Notes: generated by a model not told the origin, from the sequence alone. 56,537 nucleotides of DNA from Candidatus Jordarchaeia archaeon (GCA_029856435.1 JAHQXB010000082.1:1-56537), one strand, 5' to 3'; counted from the stretch's first letter, positions 40,808 through 51,923 are shown. Program-made: numbers and translations.

Positions 40808-41085
40808 TTTTTGTGAAGCTCTGGGTAACCTAACTTTTGTGACTGTCTACTATTTTCTTGGCTTTAAATATTAAACTTTTGTGGTAAAATATTTTCTTTA
40901 GAGATTTTTAATGGAATAGAAAGATAATTTAAATTAATTTTCAAAATAAATAATCTTTTTAATTAATATAATATAAAAATTTATTAATATTACCATTTAT
41001 CGCAGAATATAATTTATAAGAAAAGTTTAAATAAATCATCCAGATAAAAAATCATGTAATCTAGCTTCAAAGGGAGGAATCCAAA

Positions 41086-41433
41086 ATGTCTGAAATTATG
41101 ACCCACCTTAAAAAAATGGAAGAGGTAGCTGCTAAGAGTGAAGACGTAGCAGCCGAACTGGAAGGATGGGAGCGAGTCCTCCAATTCCAAGGAGAAGGTG
41201 TGAAACCCTTTTACATCACAATAAAAGATGGCAAACTCAAGGTATCAGAGGGCACGTATGACAATCCAGACTTAACTATGGAAGCAAACTATGAAACAAT
41301 GTTAGGCATGTTAACAGGCGATATTGACGCCACATCCGCCTACATGAGCGGAGACCTGAAAGTTATTGGCGCCCTTCCAGACGCAGTGAAATTTAGAACC
41401 GTAATAGAAATTATTAGAGACGAAATGGAGTGA
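41086..41433 (+). CDS. SCP2 sterol-binding domain protein
   Basis: PDLTMEA, G.IDATSAYMSGDLKVIG motif. Confidence 0.88.
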   Translation: MSEIMTHLKKMEEVAAKSEDVAAELEGWERVLQFQGEGVKPFYITIKDGKLKVSEGTYDNPDLTMEANYETMLGMLTGDIDATSAYMSGDLKVIGALPDAVKFRTVIEIIRDEME

Positions 41434-41626
41434 AGCTTTCTACCCTCTACTTTTTTGATGGTTGCCCAAAAAATAAAAGGTATAAATTATATCCCTCTAC
41501 TTCTCATTATTCAGTAGGAGACGCATTAATTTTCTCGAAAAAACCATGTCAACTCACAAAAGGTTAAAAATGTGAAAAGACAAATATTTAAAATTAATTT
41601 TAAGAGAGGTATGAAGGGTTCTAATA

Positions 41627-42031
41627 ATGTCGGATGAACTCACCCTAGCGGAGATTGTTGAGCTCAAAGAGGCAGGTATACCCTTACCAAAAAGATTTTT
41701 GGAGATAATTGGTAAACCCTACGCCATAATGATACTATCTAGGTCCAATGGTGAGATCCGCCTAATCCCTACTACCTCTCGTGAAATAGTTAAGCTCTCT
41801 GTGGAGATCGACAAACTTTCTCAGAGATTTCTTAGGGATTTAGGGTTAATTATTGTAAGAGATAAAATCGAGTTTCTCCACACTACTGGTCTCTGCCGAA
41901 AGGGAAAGCAGTGTTTCTATGAGGGTTACATCGAGAAGGATAAATTATCAGTAAAAACTGAGGATTTAAAACTACAAGTCTCAAAAATTGAGGGCGTCAC
42001 TAACGTAAGTGTTAGTGTGATAAGCTTATAG
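41627..42031 (+). CDS. Hypothetical protein, probable C-terminal ACT-like domain
   Basis: C-terminal beta-alpha-beta-beta-alpha-beta pattern ending KIEGVTNVSV. Confidence 0.6.
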   Translation: MSDELTLAEIVELKEAGIPLPKRFLEIIGKPYAIMILSRSNGEIRLIPTTSREIVKLSVEIDKLSQRFLRDLGLIIVRDKIEFLHTTGLCRKGKQCFYEGYIEKDKLSVKTEDLKLQVSKIEGVTNVSVSVISL

Positions 42032-42450
42032 ATTTACAATTTTTAATGTACTTTTATAGAAATGTCATAAAAATAGGGTAAAATTTTTGAGAATTTTTCA
42101 AAAACCACAAAATGTGGGATACGTTTACCATAAAATTTATAAGGAGAAAAGTGGTGTATTAGAATGTGCGGGGGAAAAACGAAAAGCATATAAATACAAA
42201 AAACTTAAAAATCCAACCTATTAAAGCAAAAATCCCCCCGTTCACTAAATAAATAGAAGAATAAAAAGTTAGGAAAAACCCATAAAGATTAAAAAATTGA
42301 AGCTTTATCCAAAAAAGAGTATAAAGTACCGAAGGATGAGTAAAACCCCATTTAAAGTTACTTATTGTCTATCTCCGATGCTTATGATACAAACTTACAC
42401 ACATCCTCGGTACTCTTCACTATAAACATTATAATTTGAGGTGAAAATAA

Positions 42451-43395
42451 TTGTCAAAAACCGAAGGAAATGAAGATTCATCAAACAAGGAGATTGTCCA
42501 GTGTCCCGAGTGTGGAAGCAAGAGAATTCTTAGAGACTACGCTAGAGGAGACACCATCTGTGGTGACTGTGGAATAATAATTAGCGATTTAATGATAGAC
42601 AGTGGACCAGAATGGCGGGCATTCACAGCAGAAGAAAAGAGAGACCGGAGTAGAGTTGGTTCCCCCATGACCTACAGAATGCCAGATAAGGGTCTCAGCA
42701 CCACAATCAGCAGGAGTGACAGAGACGCTTATGGCAGGAAACTCTCACCCAAAAGAAGAGCCCAGATTTACCGACTGCGAAAATGGCAGGTAAGAACCCG
42801 AGTACACAGCTCCATAGCAAGAAACCTCGCTCAAGCCATGCCCGAACTTAACCGGATTGCAAGTCAAATCGGCATTCCCAGAGACATCCGTGAAAGCGCG
42901 GCAGTAGTTTACCGAAAAGCTCTAGAAAAAGGCCTTGTAAGAGGAAGGTCCATAGAGTCAATGGTTGCAGCCGCAGTATACCTTGCATGTAGACTTCACA
43001 AAATCCCACGTCCCCTAGACGAAGTAGAAAGCGTTGCGCGAGTAAACAGGAAAGAATTAGCACACTGCGTAAGGCTCATACTCCGCGGGTTAGACCTTAA
43101 AATCCCCAGACCAACCGCCACAGACTTCATCTCAAGATTTGCAAACGAGCTAAGCATGTCAGGAGAAAGCCAGAAACGCGCATTGGAAGTTATCGAAAAA
43201 GCAAGCGAAATAGGAATAACTGGGGGAAAAGATCCCACAGGGCTAGCGGCGGCCGCCCTATACATAGCCGGAATTCTGGCGGGTGAAAGAAGGGCGCAAA
43301 GAGAAATAGCAGAAGTGGCACACGTAACTGAAGTCACCATAAGAAACAGATACAAAGAAATTGTCCGAAAATTAAAAATGGATCTTGAGGTTTAA
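42451..43395 (+). CDS. tfb: Transcription initiation factor IIB
   Basis: CPECGS..CGDCG Zn ribbon, GPEWRAF, RLRKWQ, GKDPTGLAAAALY, VTEVTIRNRYKE. Confidence 0.97.
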   Translation: MSKTEGNEDSSNKEIVQCPECGSKRILRDYARGDTICGDCGIIISDLMIDSGPEWRAFTAEEKRDRSRVGSPMTYRMPDKGLSTTISRSDRDAYGRKLSPKRRAQIYRLRKWQVRTRVHSSIARNLAQAMPELNRIASQIGIPRDIRESAAVVYRKALEKGLVRGRSIESMVAAAVYLACRLHKIPRPLDEVESVARVNRKELAHCVRLILRGLDLKIPRPTATDFISRFANELSMSGESQKRALEVIEKASEIGITGGKDPTGLAAAALYIAGILAGERRAQREIAEVAHVTEVTIRNRYKEIVRKLKMDLEV

Positions 43396-43533
43396 AACCC
43401 TCACCCAAACATTTCCTCCTTTTTCCACAATTTTGAACAGTTTAATTAGAAATCTAGTTCTAATCTGCATATTCGAACTCACACTTACCCAGTGGTAAAG
43501 TACCTATTTTTTTCTCCATTTTTCACAAAAATT

Positions 43534-44130
43534 TTACATAAAGTAGGCTCTCTTTATCAGTGTCACACTGGATGGTATCAAAGGAATAGTGCAGACGAAC
43601 ATAGAGACGGGGCCGGGCCACAGAATCGAAGCAAATGTATATACGTATACGAATTCCCTTTCTGTTATGATTTCCAGAATATAAATTCCCGTAAGGTTGA
43701 ACATAACCATACTTGTTACCATTATCAAAGTAAACAAAATAAAAAGGGACAGTATACCCAGAGCCAGATTTGGAGGGCGTCGCATTAGTGAAGCTAATTC
43801 GATTATGAAAAGAAGCATCGAGCAGGAGAGATACCCCAATATGATAAGTATTCCGGTCACATCCGTTTCGGGAAAGAGAACTGGGCTTGTAAAAGTCGCG
43901 AACCCAGACAAAATCTTGTAGGGTCCTCCGTAAAGTGGTAATCCAAGACCCAAAGGCATAACACTTACACTCCAAGGAAGATAAAGACTCAAAATAATCC
44001 CTATGGAACTAATTAGCAAAAGGGCGGCACAAGTCAAACTAGGCTTAATTAACTCCTCCTCACCTGGAATATACACCCAACGCTCAACTAAGTGCAAAAA
44101 CCACTTGTTTCCCGACACTTCGACCACCAA
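43534..44130 (-). CDS. Hypothetical membrane protein
   Basis: 198-aa ORF with about 4-5 hydrophobic segments. Confidence 0.6.
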   Translation of the reverse strand: MVVEVSGNKWFLHLVERWVYIPGEEELIKPSLTCAALLLISSIGIILSLYLPWSVSVMPLGLGLPLYGGPYKILSGFATFTSPVLFPETDVTGILIILGYLSCSMLLFIIELASLMRRPPNLALGILSLFILFTLIMVTSMVMFNLTGIYILEIITEREFVYVYTFASILWPGPVSMFVCTIPLIPSSVTLIKRAYFM

Positions 44131-44431
44131 TTAATAAATGTTTAACACCTAAAAATCCCTATGTTACAAAAGTAAATTTAAGGACATTTAGACTCAAAGT
44201 GATGGGTCTCCAAATAATGGATTAAAAACTGCGACTGGTGAATTACTAAATCTAACACAAATGATAATTATCTTAAAAACTGGGTCTCAAAAATTTCGAC
44301 CGTAATTGAATACACTAAAGACCTCCTCACAAATTGTTATCTTTCACAAATACTAACAATAACTTGATTTTTAGCTCCCTCAAAAGTTGTGCTTTTCTCG
44401 CGGCGCTTTTATAAAAAGGTTAGAGGGGTTA

Positions 44432-44812
44432 TCACTTTGCTGCTCCGCCTTCATAAATGTCAACCACTTTGTCGAATTGTTCTCCGTACTTTTTCATTAT
44501 AGTGGTTGCCCTAGTTAACACTACGCCAATTCTCTGATCAGTAAAGATAGCTAAAACCATTTTCTCGGAAACACGTATAATCAAAAGGGACCTGTCCCCA
44601 ATATTTACAGTAATGTTAGAGCCTACACCTAAGGCTGGAAGACTCGGAATAAAAACGTTTAAACGCTCCCTAATATCCGGGCTCATATCCGAAAAAATAA
44701 CATTACCACCGACAGTTATTAGAGCAAGCCCTCTAGCGGTAACCGCCCCAAGAATCCTAAACTCATCCCTAATAATGCTAACAAGCTTAGTAACTTCACT
44801 TTCTCGCGACAT
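44432..44812 (-). CDS. Roadblock/profilin-like fold protein
   Basis: Helix, GLALITVGGNVIFS, LLIIRVSEKMVLAIFT, terminal helix; 126 aa. Confidence 0.6.
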   Translation of the reverse strand: MSRESEVTKLVSIIRDEFRILGAVTARGLALITVGGNVIFSDMSPDIRERLNVFIPSLPALGVGSNITVNIGDRSLLIIRVSEKMVLAIFTDQRIGVVLTRATTIMKKYGEQFDKVVDIYEGGAAK

Positions 44813-45305
44813 AAATTCACCAAAAACAACCTATCCCATAATCTTCAAAAATTAATACTAAGATTCATAAAAGCTAATATTAAATATTATGCTTTACACA
44901 GCAACACTAAACTCTTTCAGAGAAAAACCAATAAAAGAAAAAAATACCTCAACGCGCCAAAACACCCGCACATACTATTTCCCATACAACCAACTATACT
45001 CAAATCCTAAAACAGCCGAAACACAAAACACACCCAAAAAGCGCAACCCCAAAAACAACTCCCTATCCCACTACAAGTTACCAAGATTTTTCCATTCCAC
45101 CCAAAAAAGAAACAACTTAAGGCACCCATTTCAATCCAGAGCCCAAAACAGGAGAACAAAAAACACCCCACCAATTTACTAAACATAAACCAGAAAAACA
45201 GCAAGAACAATTTCAAAGAAAAGAAACTAAAAGAGAGAATATTGTTATACACTCTTATAACTGGACAAGCACCAATCAACAGAAAAATGGAAGCAGAAGA
45301 AACAA

Positions 45306-46454
45306 TCAACGAGTCAAAATATGCACACAACTAACTGAGCCAGTATTATCACGCCCAACACCAATATTATGGGTTAAACCGACTTTTGCGTCGGCAATCT
45401 GGATTTTGCCTGCTTGGCCTCTTAGTTGTTCGAAGATTTCTGCTATTTGGGCTACTCCTGTGGCGCCTATGGGGTGTCCTTTTGCTAGAAGTCCGCCGCT
45501 GGGGTTCATGGGTTTTTCTCCGTCTAGTGCCGTTACTCCCTCTTGGATTAGTTTATGTCCTTGGCCTTTTTCGCAGAAGCCTAGGTCTTCGTAGTTGAGG
45601 ATTTCTGTGACTGAGAAGCAGTCGTGTATTTCTCCTACGTCTATGTCTTTGGGTTCTAGGCCTGCCATTTTGTAGGCTTGTCTGCTGGCTTCTTTGCTTG
45701 CTGGGAATCCTACTAGTGATTCGTCTTCTCCCAGCATCCAGCTGTCTACTGATAGTCCGCTTCCTGCAACGTAGACTGGGGTGTCGGTGTATTTTTTGGC
45801 TATTTCTGCTTTGCAGACTATGACTGCGGCGGCGCCGTCTGTTGTTGGGCAGCAGTCGAATAGTCCCAGAGGCCATGATATTATGGGTGCGTTCATTACT
45901 TGTTCTAGCGTTACTTCTTTTTTAAAGTGGGCGTGGGGGTATAGTGCTCCGTTGTGGCGGTTTTTTACGGATACTAGTGCGAAGTCCTCTTTTTTTGATC
46001 CGTAGAGGTGCATATGGCGTGTGGCTCTTAGGGCGAAGAAGGAGGGCATGGTTCTTGCTCTTCTCATCCAGATATCTTTGACTGCCGCGTATTTTATTAG
46101 TCCTCCTTTTTCGTCGTGCATTTTTTCATATCCTATTACTATTGCGGTGTCGTATATTCCTGCAGCTATCGCGAAGCATGCGTGGCGGAATGCGTCGTTG
46201 CCTGTGGCGCAGGCGTTTTCTACTCGTGATACTGGTATTTTGAATAGTCCTGTGGGGTGGGCTAGTGTTACTCCTGTGAATCTTCCTCTGAGTGTTCCCA
46301 GCCAGCCTGCCTGTATTTCTTGGGGTTGTATTCCGTTGTCTACGCTTTGAAGTGCTTTTATGTATGCTTCTTCCATCATCATGTCTGGGCTTTTGTCGTA
46401 TAGCACCCCGAAGTCTATTATTCCTGCTCCCACTACTGCTACTTTGTTTTTCAT
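45306..46454 (-). CDS. Thiolase (archaeal acetoacetyl-CoA thiolase type)
   Basis: RVENACATG, DCCPTTDGAAA, EIHDCF, GHPIGATG. Confidence 0.93.
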   Translation of the reverse strand: MKNKVAVVGAGIIDFGVLYDKSPDMMMEEAYIKALQSVDNGIQPQEIQAGWLGTLRGRFTGVTLAHPTGLFKIPVSRVENACATGNDAFRHACFAIAAGIYDTAIVIGYEKMHDEKGGLIKYAAVKDIWMRRARTMPSFFALRATRHMHLYGSKKEDFALVSVKNRHNGALYPHAHFKKEVTLEQVMNAPIISWPLGLFDCCPTTDGAAAVIVCKAEIAKKYTDTPVYVAGSGLSVDSWMLGEDESLVGFPASKEASRQAYKMAGLEPKDIDVGEIHDCFSVTEILNYEDLGFCEKGQGHKLIQEGVTALDGEKPMNPSGGLLAKGHPIGATGVAQIAEIFEQLRGQAGKIQIADAKVGLTHNIGVGRDNTGSVSCVHILTR

Positions 46455-46867
46455 TTTGGTTCTCCTCCTTTTTTTACTGGTTTTACTTTGAAGGATTGTA
46501 CGTGGTATCCGTCTTCTTGGAATATTTCTCGGTAGTCTAGTTCCACTTCCATTCCTATTTTTATTTGGTCAGGTTTGCATTCGGATACCATGGCGTATAT
46601 TCTTCCTCCGCCGTCCATTTCTACTATTGCTAGGGGTATTGGTGGTTCAAATTCTCCTGGTAGTGTGTATGCTATGGTGTAGGTTAGTATTTTGCCTCTG
46701 GGCCCTAGTGTGATTGTTTCGAATTCTGAGGGGGCCTTTTTACACTTGGGGCATACTTTTCTTTTTTCGGGGTAGCTTACGTATCCGCAGTTTTTACATT
46801 TGTAGGCTTCCATCCTGTTGTTTTGTCTATAATCTCTCCATAATGGGGGTGTTATCATATTAGACAT
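46451..46867 (-). CDS. DUF35 Zn-ribbon/OB-fold protein
   Basis: CKNCG..YP..VCPKC, OB-fold ending KIGMEVEL; overlaps the thiolase start. Confidence 0.92.
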   Translation of the reverse strand: MSNMITPPLWRDYRQNNRMEAYKCKNCGYVSYPEKRKVCPKCKKAPSEFETITLGPRGKILTYTIAYTLPGEFEPPIPLAIVEMDGGGRIYAMVSECKPDQIKIGMEVELDYREIFQEDGYHVQSFKVKPVKKGGEPK

Positions 46868-46876
46868 CTCCCAATT

Positions 46877-47923
46877 TTATTGTTCGGTTCGGAGTATTAT
46901 TTTGTTCTGCCTGAGGTGAGTGAAGTAGTCTATGTATTCTTTGTTTTCCTTGAAACTTTTAACTGGAGTTGAGTTTTTGCGCTTGTCCTGTATTTTTTTG
47001 TTTACTTTAAAGCTGAGGGCTGCGCTGGAACCGGAGCCATAGGAAATAGCTAGTATTCTTTGTCCTGGTTCCGCTTGGTCTAGAATTGCGGATAATCCTA
47101 TGAGGATGGATGCTGAGCCCGTGTCACCGAAGTTTTCCAGAGTCATGCCGGCTTTGAGCTGTTCTGGTGTGAATCCCAAGATTTTTGAGGCCTCAGATAT
47201 CAGTCTGCTTTCTTGTTGTTGGAGCACCACGTGGTTGAAGCTTTGCGCTGTGTCTCCCAGTTTTTCGAAAAGTCCCCTCGCACTTTTTACCACATGTTCC
47301 ACGTATCCATATTTTCTTATGAATCCCGTATCTCCGAATAGGGGGTATTTTGATTCAACATTTCTCCATTTATCGGCGAAGCCTGTTGTGTAGAAAAAAC
47401 TGTTCTCGTACTCGGCTATCACTCCGTTGCAGCTTATTATACAGGCAGCTGCTCCAGAACCAGCGGTATATTCAAAACTGGTTCCAGGCGCTCCCACAAG
47501 GATGTCGCTTCCTACAACCAAAATGTTTTCCAGTCTTTCTGATTTTATGGCGTCCAAGCCCGCTTGCAACGCGTCTGTACCTGCTCTGGTTGAAGCGCCA
47601 AAGTCTCTTGCTTCAGCGTTTTCCGGCAGGCCCAGAGCGTTTGCTAGGGGAGCAGCCAAAGAGGCTTCAATGTATGGGCTGGATACAGTTCCCAGATATA
47701 ATGCATTTATGTTGCTAGGTTTTATGTCTGCGTGTTTTATAGCGTTTCTACAAGCGTTGTAGGCTAGTGTCAATACGTTTTCATCAAAATAGGCTACAGC
47801 CTTTTCTCCGGAGGGCTGGGTGTCCTCTTTCCAGGCGATTGCAATTTCCTTAAGTTTTAATCTGTGTAAGGGAATGTAAACTCCGTATCCGCTTATTCCC
47901 AACAATTTTTTGTACCATCCCAC
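46877..47923 (-). CDS. HMG-CoA synthase-like protein with substituted catalytic residues
   Basis: GYGVYIP..RL, GAPGTSFEYTAGSGAAA, ISYGSG, KEYIDY; the FACKAG motif reads ASTRAG. Confidence 0.85.
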   Translation of the reverse strand: MGWYKKLLGISGYGVYIPLHRLKLKEIAIAWKEDTQPSGEKAVAYFDENVLTLAYNACRNAIKHADIKPSNINALYLGTVSSPYIEASLAAPLANALGLPENAEARDFGASTRAGTDALQAGLDAIKSERLENILVVGSDILVGAPGTSFEYTAGSGAAACIISCNGVIAEYENSFFYTTGFADKWRNVESKYPLFGDTGFIRKYGYVEHVVKSARGLFEKLGDTAQSFNHVVLQQQESRLISEASKILGFTPEQLKAGMTLENFGDTGSASILIGLSAILDQAEPGQRILAISYGSGSSAALSFKVNKKIQDKRKNSTPVKSFKENKEYIDYFTHLRQNKIILRTEQ

Positions 47924-48020
47924 GTTTTTGTGATACTAATTATCATAAGGATATCGGTTGGCTGGTTTAAAAACGCTTCTGCAATCTTCTAAAAAGGGGG
48001 GCCTTTTTGGTTTTGGTAGT

Positions 48021-48734
<714 letters not shown>

Positions 48735-48770
48735 TTATTCTGATACTATTAACTTATAGTTTTTTTGGGT

Positions 48771-49694
48771 TCAGCACTCTATTGTTGTGTTGGCGGGAAA
48801 ATGTTTTGCCACATTTTTGCCCCACTCAACCCCTAGACTGGTGGCTACTGGGTCACATTTTGTTCTCAACAAGAAAAAAATGTCCATGGGGTGTTTCACG
48901 TTATGTCCGGTCATTGTTTCAAAGTAGCCCATTCCCTTAGCTATGATCAAGTGGGAATTGTTGTAGAAGTTTAGGAAGAGCTCTGAACACTCATTTAATA
49001 TTAAACCCACGCTGTCTGTGCCTATGGTTATTACGCGGTCGGCCACCCCCATCATGTCTACTGCTTTGGCATCTTCGAGGGTGGCATCATTCAAAACTGG
49101 CTTCTCCTTAACCCCCACTGTAACGTCTGCTCCCATCTTTTTTAACTCCCTTACAAGCAGAACATCTAATGCTATTTCGCCGGCATTATCTGTTAAATAC
49201 AAAACTCTTATTCCCGGTTTAATCTTTTGGAACAATGCGGGTATGTCGTCGATGACTAGTTCCTCCTCCGCCTTCTCCATAAGTTTGGATATTTCTTCCA
49301 AGTTAAATTGGTGCCCTAAAACATCAAACTCTATTATGTTTCCAACAATTGCTGCGATGCAGGCGGTTCTAAACCTCTTATATGCATCATTTTCTTTGTC
49401 GATGATTTTTTCGAGGTCGGAGCGTAGTTCTAATGCTATTTTATTGGATTTTATCTTCTCCCTCTGGTAGGGGTCTGGGCAACCAGTTACCTTTTTTATC
49501 ACACGGTCTCTATATGTGCCCGAATAAGCTGGGACTAGGTGCATGGGGTGATTCTGCTCATTTATTATCCTGTTAATTACCTGTAATACTTCCTTCATTG
49601 CCTTTAACTGAACATCGGGGTCATTTGTTGAGTATTGTATTTCTCGGTAACCACGATTGAGAAGGCAAAGGATACAAACTGGTTTGATGTTCAT
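48771..49694 (-). CDS. DUF89/ARMT1-like damage-control phosphatase
   Basis: P.CILC, GNIIEF, DNAGEI..D, LNDAT, AKGMGYFE. Confidence 0.92.
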   Translation of the reverse strand: MNIKPVCILCLLNRGYREIQYSTNDPDVQLKAMKEVLQVINRIINEQNHPMHLVPAYSGTYRDRVIKKVTGCPDPYQREKIKSNKIALELRSDLEKIIDKENDAYKRFRTACIAAIVGNIIEFDVLGHQFNLEEISKLMEKAEEELVIDDIPALFQKIKPGIRVLYLTDNAGEIALDVLLVRELKKMGADVTVGVKEKPVLNDATLEDAKAVDMMGVADRVITIGTDSVGLILNECSELFLNFYNNSHLIIAKGMGYFETMTGHNVKHPMDIFFLLRTKCDPVATSLGVEWGKNVAKHFPANTTIEC

Positions 49695-49792
49695 TACTCT
49701 TACCTCTTTAAACTTGAAAAAATAGAGGAAGGATAGACTTCTTGGGATTAAAATTTTTATACATAGGTTTGGCTTATAAGTAAGGGGAAAAC

Positions 49793-50932
49793 TTACATCG
49801 TTTCTATTGGAAGCTTGTTTAAGACTTGGTTGCCTCCCTCCGTTATTAGTATGGTGTCTTCAATTCTTACTCCACCAAATTCGGGTATGTAAACTGCTGG
49901 TTCAAGATTTAGAATTAGTCCCTCTTTTATTTTCTCCGAATTGTTTAACGAAACTATGGGGGGTTCACGCTGCTCTAAACCTATTCCGTGCCCAATGGGA
50001 TGTATGAAGAATGGCTCATAGCCCTTTTCCTTTATCGCTCTCCTGGCAACCGCGTCTAGTTGACCTAGAGGAACATCCGGTTTGGCGTATTGCAACGCGT
50101 TATTAAGAGCTTGTTTTACGGCTTCAAATATTTCTTTGTGTTTTTTGTGGGGGCTACCTGTAAATATGGTTCTTGTGACATTTGCGCAGTATTCATTATA
50201 GGAGGCGGATACATTTATTAGAACTAATTCATTTTCTTCAATCTTTTTGTTTCCCGCGATTGCATAGGGATAAGCGGATTTGGCTCCCGATACTACCACG
50301 CTCTCTGAGTGGGCTCTCTGGGAACCTGCTCTGCGTAGGGCACTCTCCACCTCTACAGCAACTTGTATCTCTGTTGTTCCGGGGCTGATGATTTCTATTG
50401 CGGTTCTTAAACCCTTCTCGGCGATTTCTATGGCCTTCTGAATATTTTCTATTTCGGTGATGTCTTTGTACATCCGCATTTCCCAGACATTTTTGGAGAC
50501 ATCTTTGAAGCCTACCTTAGGCAATTTTTTCTTAAGACTCTCAAATGTGAGAACCGGGAGCTGGGAGAGTTCAATACCAATTACCTTCTCGCTGAGACCC
50601 TTTTCATCAATGATTGCGCTTATCGAATCAATAACGCTGTCCACCCTCTCGTTTTTATCATCTATCTTGAGAGGGAAGGGATAATAGCATCGGACATCAT
50701 TAATCCATGAACTCTCAGCCGCTCTATCCAATTCTATGCGTGAAACAGTGAGCGTAACATCATTTTCTCCTGAAAATATGACTGCGCTGGGAATATCCCA
50801 TGAATGACTACAAAACCCGGTAAGGTAGTAAATGTTTTTAGGGTTCAATAATAGTAGAGCGTCTACCTCTTCGCTCACAAGTATCCTCTTAGCCTTATCA
50901 AAACGAGTGGAGTAAACCCTCATTGTTGCCAC
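49793..50932 (-). CDS. M24 (Xaa-Pro peptidase) fold protein with atypical metal site
   Basis: Creatinase-like N-domain, HPIGHGIGL, EPAVY, GVRIED; the usual two Asp ligands read Asn. Confidence 0.85.
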   Translation of the reverse strand: MATMRVYSTRFDKAKRILVSEEVDALLLLNPKNIYYLTGFCSHSWDIPSAVIFSGENDVTLTVSRIELDRAAESSWINDVRCYYPFPLKIDDKNERVDSVIDSISAIIDEKGLSEKVIGIELSQLPVLTFESLKKKLPKVGFKDVSKNVWEMRMYKDITEIENIQKAIEIAEKGLRTAIEIISPGTTEIQVAVEVESALRRAGSQRAHSESVVVSGAKSAYPYAIAGNKKIEENELVLINVSASYNEYCANVTRTIFTGSPHKKHKEIFEAVKQALNNALQYAKPDVPLGQLDAVARRAIKEKGYEPFFIHPIGHGIGLEQREPPIVSLNNSEKIKEGLILNLEPAVYIPEFGGVRIEDTILITEGGNQVLNKLPIETM

Positions 50933-51211
50933 CGAAACACCAAGTTTATTTTTTAACCAACAGATAAACTGTAAATAACGTTCAAAAACCTTACGGCTAA
51001 TACTCGAAAATTTTCACTAAAAATGCGGTCCACCAGTAAAAATTGTGGGTAAACGCTGAGTCCAAATAACATTTTAATAAAAAAGGTTTAAAATATAATA
51101 CTACAAAAAGTAACCCGTTATAGGTGCTTGGAGTGCGACCAAAACAGTTTAGGAAATCCTAAATTTATTGTTAAAAATTTGCTAATCAATTCCATATATT
51201 CAGTTTGAATT

Positions 51212-51754
51212 TTGATGGAGGGAACCCAAATAGGCAAAACAGTGGTATTAACTGTAAAAATCTCTGAGGAATTATTGGAGGAACTGAATAAAAAGGTTGA
51301 GAGAGGTAAGCGGTCCGAATTTATTAAGGAGGCAATAATAGAAAAACTGAGGCAAACACCAAACAGTGAAGAGGCGGATTTGAAGGAGGAAATAGAACAA
51401 CTTAAATCTAGAGTTATAAAACTGGAAAGAGTAATAAAAAGGGAAGAACCAAACATCCACAATGAATTGTACAAAGAGGACCTAAAACAGCTCCTCAACC
51501 ACATTTGCAATGACGAAACAGATAGGCTGATAATCAATTACCTCGTAGAGTCTGGAGGCGTTACCACCAAAGAGCTTGAATCAGTAACCAGCCTTAAGCG
51601 GAGACAGATCCTCACCAGAATTAAAGGCATGGCGAGCAGAACAGAAGAAAAGTTTGGGAAGAGAATTATTCAGTTTAAGCGCACCAAGAACGAGGGAAAA
51701 AGACAAGCTTGGTGGATTGAACCAAACCAAGCCAAAGGTAACCAAAATATCTAA
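51212..51754 (+). CDS. Ribbon-helix-helix (CopG-like) plus winged-helix DNA-binding protein
   Basis: VLTVKISEELLEELN..GKRSEFIKEAI.EKL, short coiled coil, then wHTH-like C-terminus. Confidence 0.7.
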   Translation: MMEGTQIGKTVVLTVKISEELLEELNKKVERGKRSEFIKEAIIEKLRQTPNSEEADLKEEIEQLKSRVIKLERVIKREEPNIHNELYKEDLKQLLNHICNDETDRLIINYLVESGGVTTKELESVTSLKRRQILTRIKGMASRTEEKFGKRIIQFKRTKNEGKRQAWWIEPNQAKGNQNI

Positions 51755-51801
51755 AAATCACCAATCAAGTCATACAATACTTGGAGACGTACCGAAAACG
51801 C

Positions 51802-51923
51802 GGGCCTGTAGTCTAGTGGATAGGGCGCCGGCCTCCGGAGTTTCCAAGAAATGGAGTCAGCCGGATACCAAGGGTTCAAAAATGTATTCCCTCTGGACTA
51901 TATTGAAACTCCCTTCAGGCCCG
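51802..51923 (+). tRNA. trnR: tRNA-Arg(CCG) with two introns (37/38: 51839-51858; 59/60: 51881-51909)
   Basis: Spliced: GGGCCTG TA GTCTAGTGGATAGGGC G CCGGC CTCCGGA GCCGG ATACC AAGGG TTCAAAT CCCTT CAGGCCC G; both junctions form BHB motifs. Confidence 0.92.

Noticed and set aside
44889-45330. Low-complexity ORFs (97 aa +, 107 aa -)
   Set aside because: They are by-products of extreme A/C skew. The same applies to 20739-21009 and 21363-21686.
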